NCBI GenBank assembly: GCA_030704615.1
Contig: CM060733.1
Coordinates: 14,260,001-14,324,000 of the forward strand
DNA from: Takakia lepidozioides
Lineage: Eukaryota; Plantae; Bryophyta
DNA length: 64,000 nt
Direction: 5' to 3'
A program made the translations under genes and the position numbers. This document shows positions 12,641 through 24,000 of the stretch, in pieces. How positions within the stretch are numbered: the stretch's first letter is position 1; each line of letters starts with the position of its first letter. The notes under the pieces are model-generated. The model searched no databases. It saw only the letters and a program-made list of their open reading frames with translations, and was not told the origin of the DNA.

Positions 12641-15418
12641 AAATTAAGTCTGTTCTCAACCGTTACAATGGAGTAGGTGTGGGCAACAAGAATGTGCAGA
12701 TTGCGTCCTCCCCTCTGGTGCAAAAGCACTTTGGTTCTTCTCCTCGGGATCACCCACCGGCCAAACGGACTCGGGACTCTTTTTTTTGTTCCCACTCGGT
12801 GAGTCCGAGGGTTTTTCTGCTCCCAGCGAAATCGCCTCTGCCGCAAGCTCAGATCTTGTCTTCGAAGGCCTACTTCAAGTTGGGGGGTGACGCTCCTCTT
12901 AACCTCGTCTGCTTTTGCCTTTTGCAACTGAGGTCTTTCTCTGAACTCTCTCTTCCGGCAGTGGTTCCTCCAGGAGTGTCTGTCGTCGTGAAAATCCAGG
13001 TTACGCCCATCATTTTTGGTGTCCCTAACGGTACACCGTCAATTCTTTTCTCTCATGATTCTACTTTGCACAGTGCCTGGGTGACTGATGCAGATCTAGG
13101 CTCCTTCAAAGAGGGTCAAGAGATGGACCTTATCATTTCAAAAATCAAGGAGGTTTTCTCTACACACCTTCCCCTCTTCATGCTTACTGCAGAAACCGCC
13201 CTATACTTTGGAGCCTACCTCTCACTGGACGCATCATCTCAAGAGAATCATACCATTCAGGTCCTCCCTGTGATCAGACTGTCTGATGTACGCATGCAAG
13301 AGGCGGGTTTCTGTAAGATGAACTGGATCTCTCATTCTACGCTGCATGACAGCTTCAAGGCTAACTCTGATTATGTTTGGCTCTCAGCAGTTTATTCAGC
13401 TGGCAGAGAGCTTCTCCTCGCCGCGGCGAGGGCAAAATTGTACTCCACCACTATTGATCGCCCTCAAAATAGCGATGGATTGATGGTGGTCCATGTTCAA
13501 GAGGTAGACGTGCAGGAAGTGGACGATCCCTCTGTCAACTTGGCTCCAGTGGACTTGGCCATCCCCGCTCCACCCCCAGTGAGCCTTATTCCATCTTCCC
13601 CTATACTCTCCACTTTGGCTGTCTTTGATCTTCTATGGCTTGAAACCCAATATGCTTTGCCTCCCCATGGTTTTTGCCTTATGGTCACTCTTGTCCTTGT
13701 CAGCAAACAGGATTTATTCACTTTATCTATGCCTTGCTTTCTCCTCATCTGCTGGGATCCATCCCTGGATTTTGTTACTCCTCCAGGAATTGACAACACA
13801 TGTATCTTCGTATGGATTGAGAGATTGAGTTGGCCACATGGCCACATTGAGGCAACGTTGAGTGAAGTATACACTATCAAAGAGAATCTCAGAAAGGTCA
13901 TGCAAGTTTTGTGTCGGGATTAAAGGTCCTTCAACTCCTGTCAATGTTATAATACTTTTCAATTACACGTAAGAACTCGGTGGTAGTGTAGATTGAGGGT
14001 CCTAAGGCTACATTCAGCGGCCAGTTGACTACATTTCGAGATAAGCTCCAGGCACTTGGCTTCCCTTCAATTGCACGACCCTCTTCTTTAGTCCATTCCT
14101 GAAAATGATGTTCTGTCACAGGATTGTTTAGGATTGAATGTCGAAGATGGAAGCCAACTTGACAAATGTGCAGGGGATTTCGTGGACCTCACTCTACAAT
14201 CCTCACCCTCCATGTTAAGTGTCAAGGGTCTGAAATCTACCTCGAGAATGTCATCCATTGAGGACGCGGCTGAGGCTGCGGCTCCGCAGCACACTGTTGC
14301 CTCTCTTCCCTCCTTCTCTCCCCAGCACGAAGGTTGGACAGCACAAATCAGAAGTAGTCAAGTAAAATTACTTATATCTAAATTCTAACTTGTCCTTTTG
14401 TTTTCCTTAGTACTGGGTCTGATGTTCTTGTTTTACTCCAGGCCAGAAAATCTACGGATTGTGACTTTTCTGTCAAACGACGTCTTCATTGGAAATCTGT
14501 TCCGAGGTAATTCTTTCGTTACGTGTGAATTCCATTCAGGATGTGGAGTACTCAAGGGACAATTTCCATTCCGTCGCAACCCTTTCGACGAGGACAAGGA
14601 CGAAACTTCAATTGCAACTTCTCGGCTTCCCGACCCTGCAGTGTTGGCGCAATGTTCTGCACCGAAGAAGCGGCCCCCAAACCATTTCCATCTCTTCTAC
14701 AAATCGGTTCCACCGGAGAGAAGTCCTTCGTCAGAGACAAAGCAGACTCGAGGAAGAAAAAGAATACCTCGGACATATCAGGGTCTCGTCAAAACACGTC
14801 TGTTGGGATGCCAACCCCGCCAGCAAGACTTTCCAATAAGGCAACATTGGTACTATTCGATATCATTTCTCCACTTTCTTCTCTTTTCTGTTCGTTTGGT
14901 TATGCACTAATTAACTCCATATTTTCTCAACAGGCGGGGATGCAGCACGATACCTTCATCAATTTCCCTCCGTACAAGGTACTTTCTTGAACCTCCACTT
15001 GGCAGTCGACGTTCCTCTTCTTAGCAATATTAACCCTCATCTTGAAACATTCCAAGCCCACAACATTGTGCAGGAAGGCTAGCACAAGGTGGTTGGTAGA
15101 TCACCCACGTTGATCACTGCACTTGCACATCGGTTGGAGGAGGTCCTCTAGATAGAAGCACGCTCAAAGATTTGTTGTGGGAGTGAACAAAAGAGGGGTG
15201 TCGCCTTGTCGGTGTGGAAGATCATGACGGTTCCTCCAGTTTATATAGCAGCGCGCGGCTGTCCATGGATATGCCCGCAGATCCGTAGTGTTGACCATCC
15301 GACCCGATGAAGACCATTGCTGATCACTCGGATAGGATTTTCCTGCCTTTATTGACGGTGTTATGTCCTCTTACCTCGGTAATAGGGTCTGTTTCTCCTG
15401 GTCCAGGATGCGGAATGA

Positions 15419-15705
15419 GGTATTTCGGCGCCGTTATTCCCAAGAGCAGTGTGCTAAAATGGTGTTTTGAAGACATCCACCGGGGTATTTCGGCACCGAA
15501 ATTACCTCTTAAAATGTGATATAGTGCGGTATTTAAAGGCGCAGAACGGGCTATTTCGGCGCCGAAATACCCAAGTGGAATGTGCTGAAGTGCCTTGTGC
15601 TGAAGGCTTCCATCGCGATATTTTGGTGCAGTAATTCATCCGTGGAATTTTTTAGGCCCATATAACGAAGGCGCGCACTGGGCTATTTCGGCGCCAAATT
15701 TCCCA
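15419..15705. repeat. Degenerate tandem repeat (about 130-bp period) built on the palindrome TATTTCGGCGCCGAAATA
   Basis: Copies or variants at about 15421, 15486, 15552, 15619 and 15684. Confidence 0.75.
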
Positions 15706-15948
15706 ATAAGAATGTTACAAACGGCAGGGTTTTCATGGCTTCAAGTTCCCGGCTCGATGGTGTGCATAAATTACTTGTAGGGTTCTTCACTGAAGTTTGC
15801 GTCTCTTCTGCTTTTATTATACATTTTGGTTGGCGGAAGAAATGTAGGGAATCGGACAAGCAGTCTGAACACAATGATTTTTCAAATCGTCAATATTTTC
15901 ATTAAGTGTTTCAGAACTGTACAACAAAAGGATCCAAATGAGACTTTG

Positions 15949-17580
15949 CTATGGTGAGGATCCGCTATCACTGTCCGATGCATCCCCGGCCTCATGCAAG
16001 GATGGCTGCCTTCCACCTGCCTCCGAACCTGCACTGCCGCTACCGCTGTTATTCTGAGAAGCCCTCCCCTCAAAAATACCATCCTCACCAGCCGGAACTG
16101 TCCACCTGGGTGCGGAAGTGTCCTCAACATTCCCCTCGCTCTCGGACGCGGATTCTATTACGAACTTCCCTACTCTGCCTTTCACAATTCTATGTTTGGC
16201 CTCACGCCTCATTATAATTCTCTGCTCATTCCCGTATGTCAATTGCTCTAACCGAGTAGGCCTATCCTCCCTCTTGATGGCTTCTCTGGCAGCCGTGTCT
16301 GCATAGGCTGGTAGAAAAAAGGGCTTCTGGGGACTCGCGAGAAACGATTTTCTGGCAAAGAATGGCCGATGCGATTCTGTCTCCTCCTCTGCAACAGGGT
16401 CCGATTCGGGCAAGTCTCTCAGCTTCTCCTTGTCGGACGACTCTGCAAGGCTGAGTGTACGCACAAACATAGAATGAAGTACATTAGAGAATTCAAACAG
16501 GGAATCATCGGCAGGTTGCATGGTCACTACAACCGAAACCAATACACTTACTATGGTGCAACTCACTCGAAGATAGGCATTGGGGGAAGCGGCTTCGGGC
16601 GCCCCTGCATCGAACGAATTTCCTGGACTTCCTCCTCTTCATCTTCCTCCTCTCCTTCCACGTCCTCTTCTGCGTTTTTGGGATCCTCAGTCGGAGGCAG
16701 ACGCTGAAGGCCCGCCAAATTGTAATCGTACAAGGCCGTATCCCCTCAAATGAGAACACAAATCGGTTCGACATCCTTCCCGCCCACATACAGGCACTTG
16801 CGAATTCATACGACACAACCACAGCCAAACTCAAGAATGAGTCGCTTCCTCGCACAAGCAAACATACACAAACGGAAATGGTGTCAATTTCGGTGCCGCA
16901 TTCAATTAACGTTCTCACCTGTATTTGCAGTGACGTCAAGGACCCTGCCTTCAACATCCGTACACGTTTCCATGAGCGTCTGGATGAATGCAGGACTCCT
17001 GGTCTTGCCATACCTCCATGGCTTGCCCGACAAATCACAAAGAATGTCCTTCTCTCCCACATGGTTGAACAGGACGTTATACTCCAGTGGATCAACTGTG
17101 GAATCAACAAGTCTTCCTGCTTCACGTAATTTGAATTTCGAATGTTCCTTCACGAAGCAAAATGCCTGAAAGATAAGAGTCTGCAGAGAAGGAAATGAAA
17201 ACGTCAAAGGTGGCCTACACGTATAGGGGTAATTTCGACGCAGAAATTGACATAGCAGAGGAGAACCACAACATACCTTCTGGCCATCGTTGAGAAGACC
17301 CTGCGTGTTGATGCAAGTCCAGATCTTTTTCAGGATGGGTGCTGCACTTCTCCCCGTCCATACTTTGACATCATTCTCAGTGACTTCTCCATCGGCTGCT
17401 AGCACAACAACACAGCCAACGTCGTCCAACATGTTGGCTGCGAACCCGAATGTGTGGCTCCAGTATCTTTTGTCGTACTTGTTCCACCAGGGTACTGAGC
17501 CCAGCCCCAGTATCTCCTGCCCATCCGGGATATCCACAAGGATCATGTCGATGGAGGCTTTCACTACCCTAAAGTCGTGA
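15949..17580 (-). pseudogene. Intron-containing beta-class N4-cytosine/N6-adenine DNA methyltransferase-like gene, 5'-truncated and damaged
   Basis: SIDMILVDIPD occupies the motif IV position (cf. IDLIxxDPPY). It is followed by RSPAFIQTLMETCTDVEGRVLDVTANTG|ACMWAGRMSNRFVFSFEG(D), matching motifs X-I-II (cf. KP..L..LI...T..GD.VLDPFAGSGTT..AA..LGR.FIG.E). Exons about 17580-17277, 17180-16919, 16797-16567, 16451-15949. One acceptor appears mutated (GCAA) and there is a 1-nt frameshift near 16742. Confidence 0.7.
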
Positions 17581-17874
17581 GGCTGGATCTGATCACGTTC
17601 CCCTCGCACACCTCCCATGCACTCCAGCCTCTTGATGTCTCAGTGTTTAAACCTTTCAAAACAACATTCAGGGCTTACCGTGATGTTTGGACGATGGCAC
17701 ACAATGGAGGCACACCCTTGAAAGAGGATCTCGCACATTGGGTTTCACTAGCTTTGAAAAAAGCGACGAGTCCTGAAAATATAAAAAAAGGTTTTGCCGT
17801 GACTGGGATCTGGCCTCTCAATCCGGATGCCATGCAGAACCGCATGGGGCCCAACGAGGGTTATAGGATGGAGG
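17580..17874 (+). mobile_element. pogo/Tc5-type transposase, C-terminal DDE_1 fragment
   Basis: LITFPSHTSHALQPLDVSVFKPFK...ENIKKGFAVTGIWPLNP. Confidence 0.9.
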
Positions 17875-18296
17875 TCCCCTAGGGCATGGACCCGGCCATG
17901 GTGGGGTGACCCCTTGTTTGGACGTGGCGGGGTTCCACAGGCGCAAAAATGAGAGGCTATTGCAGGTACTAAGATGCAAAAAAAAATTCGGGAGACCAAA
18001 AAAATATGACATTTTTCTTGTGATGTTGGATCCATGTCGGTAGGTTCCACATTGAGACCGTGTTGGGAGGATACCCTTTTTCTGCCATTATACCCTGAGG
18101 ATAAAATCCAATAGGCCTCTCATAGGGGAATTCATAAATACCCTTACCCTACCCTTGTCAGGGGTAATTATTTTTGTTTACCCTTAATGGATTATACCCT
18201 GGGGTTTGAAATTTCAAAGAATATCCTTACCCTGAGGGTAAATCTGTTCAATGGCTGGGTAATAGGGAGGGGTATAATAATTTGATTACTAGGGGA

Positions 18297-19411
18297 GCAC
18301 CACTTTCACACTTGAAAATATAGTTACGTCTGAACCTCTCCCCCTTGAAAATATAGAAATTTGGAATGTAGGTCCCTTCATGCATGATAGCACCGACAAC
18401 CATTCCCTTTCATCTGGCATTATGGAATGTACAGTGCGGGACCCTTTCTTTGCAAGAACCAATGCTCCTCCATTCCGGCCTGCCTGAGCCCCTGACACGT
18501 CACAATTCCAGATTTTATCCGGTGTGTATTTGTTCGGCTCATAAATTTTAGCAAGATTCTCGTAAAATGTTGCCACATTAGATAGACACAAACCCTTTGC
18601 CCGGCCAGTTTCTAATCCTTGTGATACACGTAACGCCAATTGAGGATTTCTACGTTTGAACCAACGGAGCCAGCCCCAGCCAGGGATGCCGTTTTTTGAA
18701 TGGTGTTACACGCTCCTGGCAGATCTCTGCAACTTTCAATCTTAATTGAGTCAGAGTAAGAGGATGTCCAATCAGCTGCATTTTTTCAATATAATTTACC
18801 AGTTCTGTTTCTTCCGTCTCGGTGAATGTCCCTTTGACTCCACGTTTTTTGCTTGTGGTGATTCCATATAGATGATTACACAAAGACTTCACAGGTACCC
18901 CAAACTGTCACGCCGCAATCCAAATCGGCATTCCATGATCATGTGCACTCATCGCAGCTCGGAGTGAGAAATCCATCCAATTCCCATTTTTCCTTTGCGG
19001 TCCTACTTGACTCCGTTGCTTCCGGTGCGGTGGAGGATCATTGATATTAATAGGTTCCTCGTTTCTTGCCAGCGATGCACCTCCTGAACCATTCCCTTCA
19101 TCGCTGCTAATTAGAGCTCGTGGGACCGATTGACTTTGCTCGTTGATCTGATCAAACACTCCGTCTCCTTGACCGCATTGGAAGTGCACTTTGGGAATGA
19201 TCCTCCGGATCCTGAGCCCAATTGTAATAGGGGTCCACATCTCCCCACTGTCATAGCTTTCGTCTTCATTCAAGCACGAATTTGTGGGCCCGTGTCTGCT
19301 CGATTCATTCTCACTCTCACTAAGTTCAACGTGATTTCCCTCATAATCTCCTGCTAATTCCGTATCAGGAAGCAAACGAAATGCATCTACAGGCCTGAAC
19401 GACGATCCCAT
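18297..19411 (-). mobile_element. pogo/Tc5-type transposase, N-terminal part (psq-HTH, CENP-B HTH, start of DDE), decayed
   Basis: W..FSLRAAM..FGVP..SL..HL.G; EETELVNYI..MQLIGHPLT...LKVAEI; PGWGWLRWFKRRNPQLALR; IWNCDVSG..VLAKKGSR. Contains a stop and frameshifts. Confidence 0.88.
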
Positions 19412-19559
19412 TACCTACTGATCTGAAAGCGTACTCCACACTACAAAACTTAGCCGCACAAATCTCACCACATACATACTCGAAATGGCCCGCCATTATG
19501 TGTTTAAAAGTTTCTTTGCAGATTCAAATCGGTCCATGATTAATCACACTATTTAACCA

Positions 19560-20410
19560 CTTTGTTGCAATTATAAAACGACGGCTTGTTTGAATCCTGG
19601 CCCACTTGCTACAGTTTCCTAACAGTATGCATTTGCCAAAACGATTTAATGCATACCCAAATATGACCGTCACCCTCCTTTGTTTTGAACCAGCAATAAA
19701 TGTCAAATAGATCAACCACTTTAATACCTCTGATCTTTACCGTGCATGTAGTTTCCAGAGACTAATAATGAACTGCTATGTCATGAATGTAATTCGGATC
19801 GGCAGGTGTGCATGGACGTTTTTTAATTCACATTTGAGCCATTTAACAAATAATTATAGGGTTCACATTTTGAATGGTAACCATTATAGGTTTGTCTACC
19901 TTATGACATTGTATTGGCGCCGGGTCAGAGGCAGCCCTCGATGTCTCCTTTTGTATTGAGCCCCTGAGGAATCAAAGAAAATGTTTAGATAAAGGTTTAT
20001 TTTGCACTGGTCTACAAGGAGTTTCTGCACACGGTTACTACAGTCCTTGTAGTTATTGTAGTGAGAGAAGAATGTCATGGAATGGACTCATACTTGACAA
20101 AATTTGCAATGCTATTGCGACATTCCTCTGAGGGGCCCTAACAATATCGAGCCGAGAGAGTGCAGCTTTGATACCCCAATTGGCTCCATGTTCCCTAATC
20201 GGAAGGAGGGCATCGATTTTCTCCCTCAACTCTTTAACAGTGAGGCGATCAAAGACCTTGAACTTGTACCCCAAGGCCTTTGTCAAAATCCTTTTGAGTT
20301 GCCTGGGATCGGAGATGTTGAGAGATTTTGTGACCCTCTTGAATGAAACCCCTTCTCCCAACATCCAGTGGACATATTCCACCACATCAGCTTGTGGCGC
20401 CGTCATGCTT
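19560..20410 (-). mobile_element. Decayed, spliced integrase-core transposase-like fragment
   Basis: An HTH-like N-terminus and DSSGAQYKRRHRGLPLTRRQYNV resemble the D..G...R....L.RR.Y.V motif that precedes eukaryotic integrase-core transposases. The catalytic core was not seen. Confidence 0.4.
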
Positions 20411-21033
20411 GTGGCCAGTGCAAAAAAATTTCAAATAAAACTAAGAAATGCATACAAATTAGCGAACAATCCCATGGTCCCGATGTTCACATAACCAGCT
20501 TCCATGTCATCGGCCACACATTAGAGTCCAGTATGACTCTCAAGAAAAGCATCCATTGGCTATGAAAAGGGGTGATAAAGGCACATGAGGGATTCACAAA
20601 TATAGTTTTAAAAAAAATTACCTGCCACGTTCCAAGGTTGAGGTGGCCCTCGGTGATAGGTACACTGTAGAAGAAGTGCATAGAACACAATGTCAATAAC
20701 AACTCGGATTCTCAAAGCGGAGATTGCAATATTCAATTGGCAAACAAATCACTTTGCCAGACGTTACATATTAGCAGGATGGTCTCAAACATAGAAGGAA
20801 AACCTCTGCTCAGAGCTTCAAACTTTTGTCATTAGTTTACCGGAAAGATAGGAGAGAGATGGTCATAAGCCAACATATGTACATAGAGCAACCAAAATAT
20901 CAACAACGAGCAGAGCAAAAACCAAAGAGATTCTCTTCTAAGGTGGAAAGCTTCATAGGCGAGCATGTTACGAAAAGACCTGGGCAAGGTCACAATGTAT
21001 AATCTTGAGATGTCATACATGAGCGAAGTTCCC

Positions 21034-24000
21034 TGTCACGGACATAGCCCAGAAGAACTTACCAGGAGTAAATACCAAAAGTTACCATGTTACCATGTTA
21101 CTGAAAGTTACCGCGATTTACCATGATCTACCATGAATATTTACCATAATTTACCATTAGTTACCAAGTTACCGAGAGTTTACCAAATTACCGAGAGTAA
21201 CTTGGGAAAGTGCTCAAGAAGCTTCCTTTGGAGGAAACTTCTCCACCAAGAAACCTTTGTTTAATCTTCGAAACTTCTCCATCAAGAAACCTTCATTGGG
21301 GAAGCTTCTTACGGAACTTCCTAGTAGCCAATATATATAGGAGGCGAAACTGGACACTCTTCAGTCTCGCCAACACAAGTTCAAGCTACTCTTGTTTCTA
21401 GTCCCAGTACTCCAGTCCAGTTTCCAGCATTCCAGTATCCATGTCAAGTTCCAGTATCTTGTACTCTTGTCCATTGTTATAAAGATCATCTTGATTCATG
21501 TTTACCCATCATGCATTCGGCCACGCCGACCTTGATTTCTTATCTAGTCTTGTACCTCTAGTCTGATCTCTTGTTTGTGTTCAGTCATGTTCTCGTCCTT
21601 GACAGTTTGGCGAGACTAAAGTTTGTTCCTTAGTTAGTTAGGTGGAAGACACATTTGCGGAAATGGTCGTCACATTGCAGAGTCTTCAGCTCCAGATGCA
21701 AGAACTTCGTACCTCTACCGCCCAATTACAAGATGATCAGTCTCAAGATCTTAGCAACGCTCTCCACAATTTGCAACAACAAATTTTAGAGTTAAAAGAG
21801 TCGAACAATGCATCTTCAACCATACGAGTTCCTACTGCAACAGCTCCTACTGCAACGGTTCATCTTCAACAGATTACGAGAGAACCAAATATCAACATGC
21901 CCGAGAAATTTGATGGGACGAGATCAAGCACGCGCGGTTTTGTTCAACAAGTACGACTGTTCTTACGACTACATCCACAACGCTACCTCGATGAAGGTAT
22001 TCAAGTGGGATTCATGGACACCCTTCAATCATGCACTGCCCTATCTCGGTTTGCACCGCTATTAGAAAAAAATTCGCATTTACTATACAATTTTGAAGCG
22101 TTCATGTCCGAGTTCACTGCAACGTTTGGAGAGAATGATAGAGAGAGAGAGTTGCAGAGACAAATATGCGAAATTTTCGATAAAGAGCACGTCCTGCTTC
22201 CGTTTATGCTGCCGAATTTCGACAACTTGCGTGCGACCTCGACTGGAATGAGAAAAACCTCATTAGTCAGTTTCGATGTAGGCTAAAAGAGGATGTAAAA
22301 GATTTGTTGCTGACAATGTCAAACGTGAGCACACTGAGCGAATTCATCATTCAAGTTATTGCATGCGATAATCATTTGTTCGAAAGACGTCAAGAGAAGC
22401 GATTTGGATGGTCGACGACACATCATGCTGTTGATACTATGGCACCAAACACAACAATCCATCAAACATCCGGTAGTGATCCTATGCAGATTGATGTTGT
22501 CCGATTCAAGCGATTGATGCCACAAGAAAAACAAAGACGACGCTCGAATGGATTATGCCTCTATTGCGGAGAAGAAGATCACATAGCATTTTAACTACCC
22601 CAACCCCAACAAGATAAGATTCAAAGCTCGGGGTGCAACTCAAGTGTTCGATACAAGAAGGTCGGAAAACGAAGATGTCCAGTCACAGTAGGGACCATGC
22701 GGCTGGACACCACAAATTCCTCACCAAAAAAATGTGTCTTTCTACCTCCAGACCCTGCACCTTGCTTCACAGTTCCGGTAAAAATCAGAGTGCAAAATCG
22801 AGATATCTCTGTAGAAGCATTTTTAGACTCAGGGGCTTCAACATGTTTTATTGACAAAAACTTTGCGAAGCAAGACAATTTCACGTTCATAAAGAAGAAA
22901 CTTTTGGCCCCCGTTGAAGTCATTGATGGACGACCGTTAGCATCAGGAGATGTTGACCATGAAACTCGACCACTTGAAGTGAAGCTTAAAGATCAAACAT
23001 CACATATTGTTTTCAACGTCATCCAGTCCCTAACGAATCCTGTGATCTTTGGACTTCCCTGGTTCGTACTTCACAATCCTGACATCGACTGACGATCACG
23101 AAAAATTTCTGCAAGACAATAATGTAAAAATATCAAAGGTATTCAATCCCTGTTCCTTGGAGCTAGAGCTTTTATGAGAGCTACTAAAAAGGATGCGGCA
23201 TTTGCACTTTATGCGACTCCGATCAAGACCACAATAGACAAATATACTTCAACATTATCCACTCAATATCAAGATTTCAAGGATGTATTCGAAGAAAAAT
23301 ATAGACATATTGCCAGAACATTGACCTTATGACTGTGCAATTGAGTTACAAGAAGGAGCCCAACCACCATTCGGCCCAATCTATAACTTATCCCAGACGG
23401 AGTTGACTGCATTACGTCAATACATTGATGAAAATTTGTCGAATAACTTCATCCGACATTCAAAATCACCTACGGGAGCACCTATCTTGTTTATGAAAAA
23501 AGAATGACGGATCATTACGCATGTGTGTAGACTATCGCGGTCTCAATAAATTCACAATTAAGAAACGTTATCTGTTGCCACTGATTTATGGGCTTCTCGA
23601 CCAACTGGGACGAGCGAAGATTTTCACCAAAATTGACTTGAGAGGAGCTTATAACCTTGTACGAATAAAAGAAAGAGACGAATAGAAAATAGCTCTTCGA
23701 ACAATGTATGGGCATTTTGAATACAATGTTATGCCTTTCGGTCTTACAAATGCTCCAGCAATTTTCCAACATATGATGAATGACATCTTTTGAGAATTTT
23801 TAGATGACTTTGCAGTCATCTATTTGGACGACATTTTGATATTTTCACATAATGAAGAAGAACATGGCCGCCATGTATGCCCTGTCCTTGATAAATTAAG
23901 AGAAAGATGACTATATGTCAAGTTGGAAAAATGTCTTTTCCATCAATCTGAGGTCGAATTTATGGGCTACATTATTTCCGACAAATGCGTCTTTATGGAT

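Noticed and set aside
14655-14840. HMG-box-like start PKKRPPNHFHLF
   Set aside because: The rest of an HMG box cannot be recovered in any frame with confidence.
15419-15705. CRISPR-like look of the palindromic repeats (also 36457-37470)
   Set aside because: The repeats are degenerate, the spacers are related to each other, there are no cas genes and the context is eukaryotic.
18070-18275. Telomere-like TACCCT repeats
   Set aside because: Scattered in both orientations and not a TTTAGGG array. More like transposon subterminal motifs.
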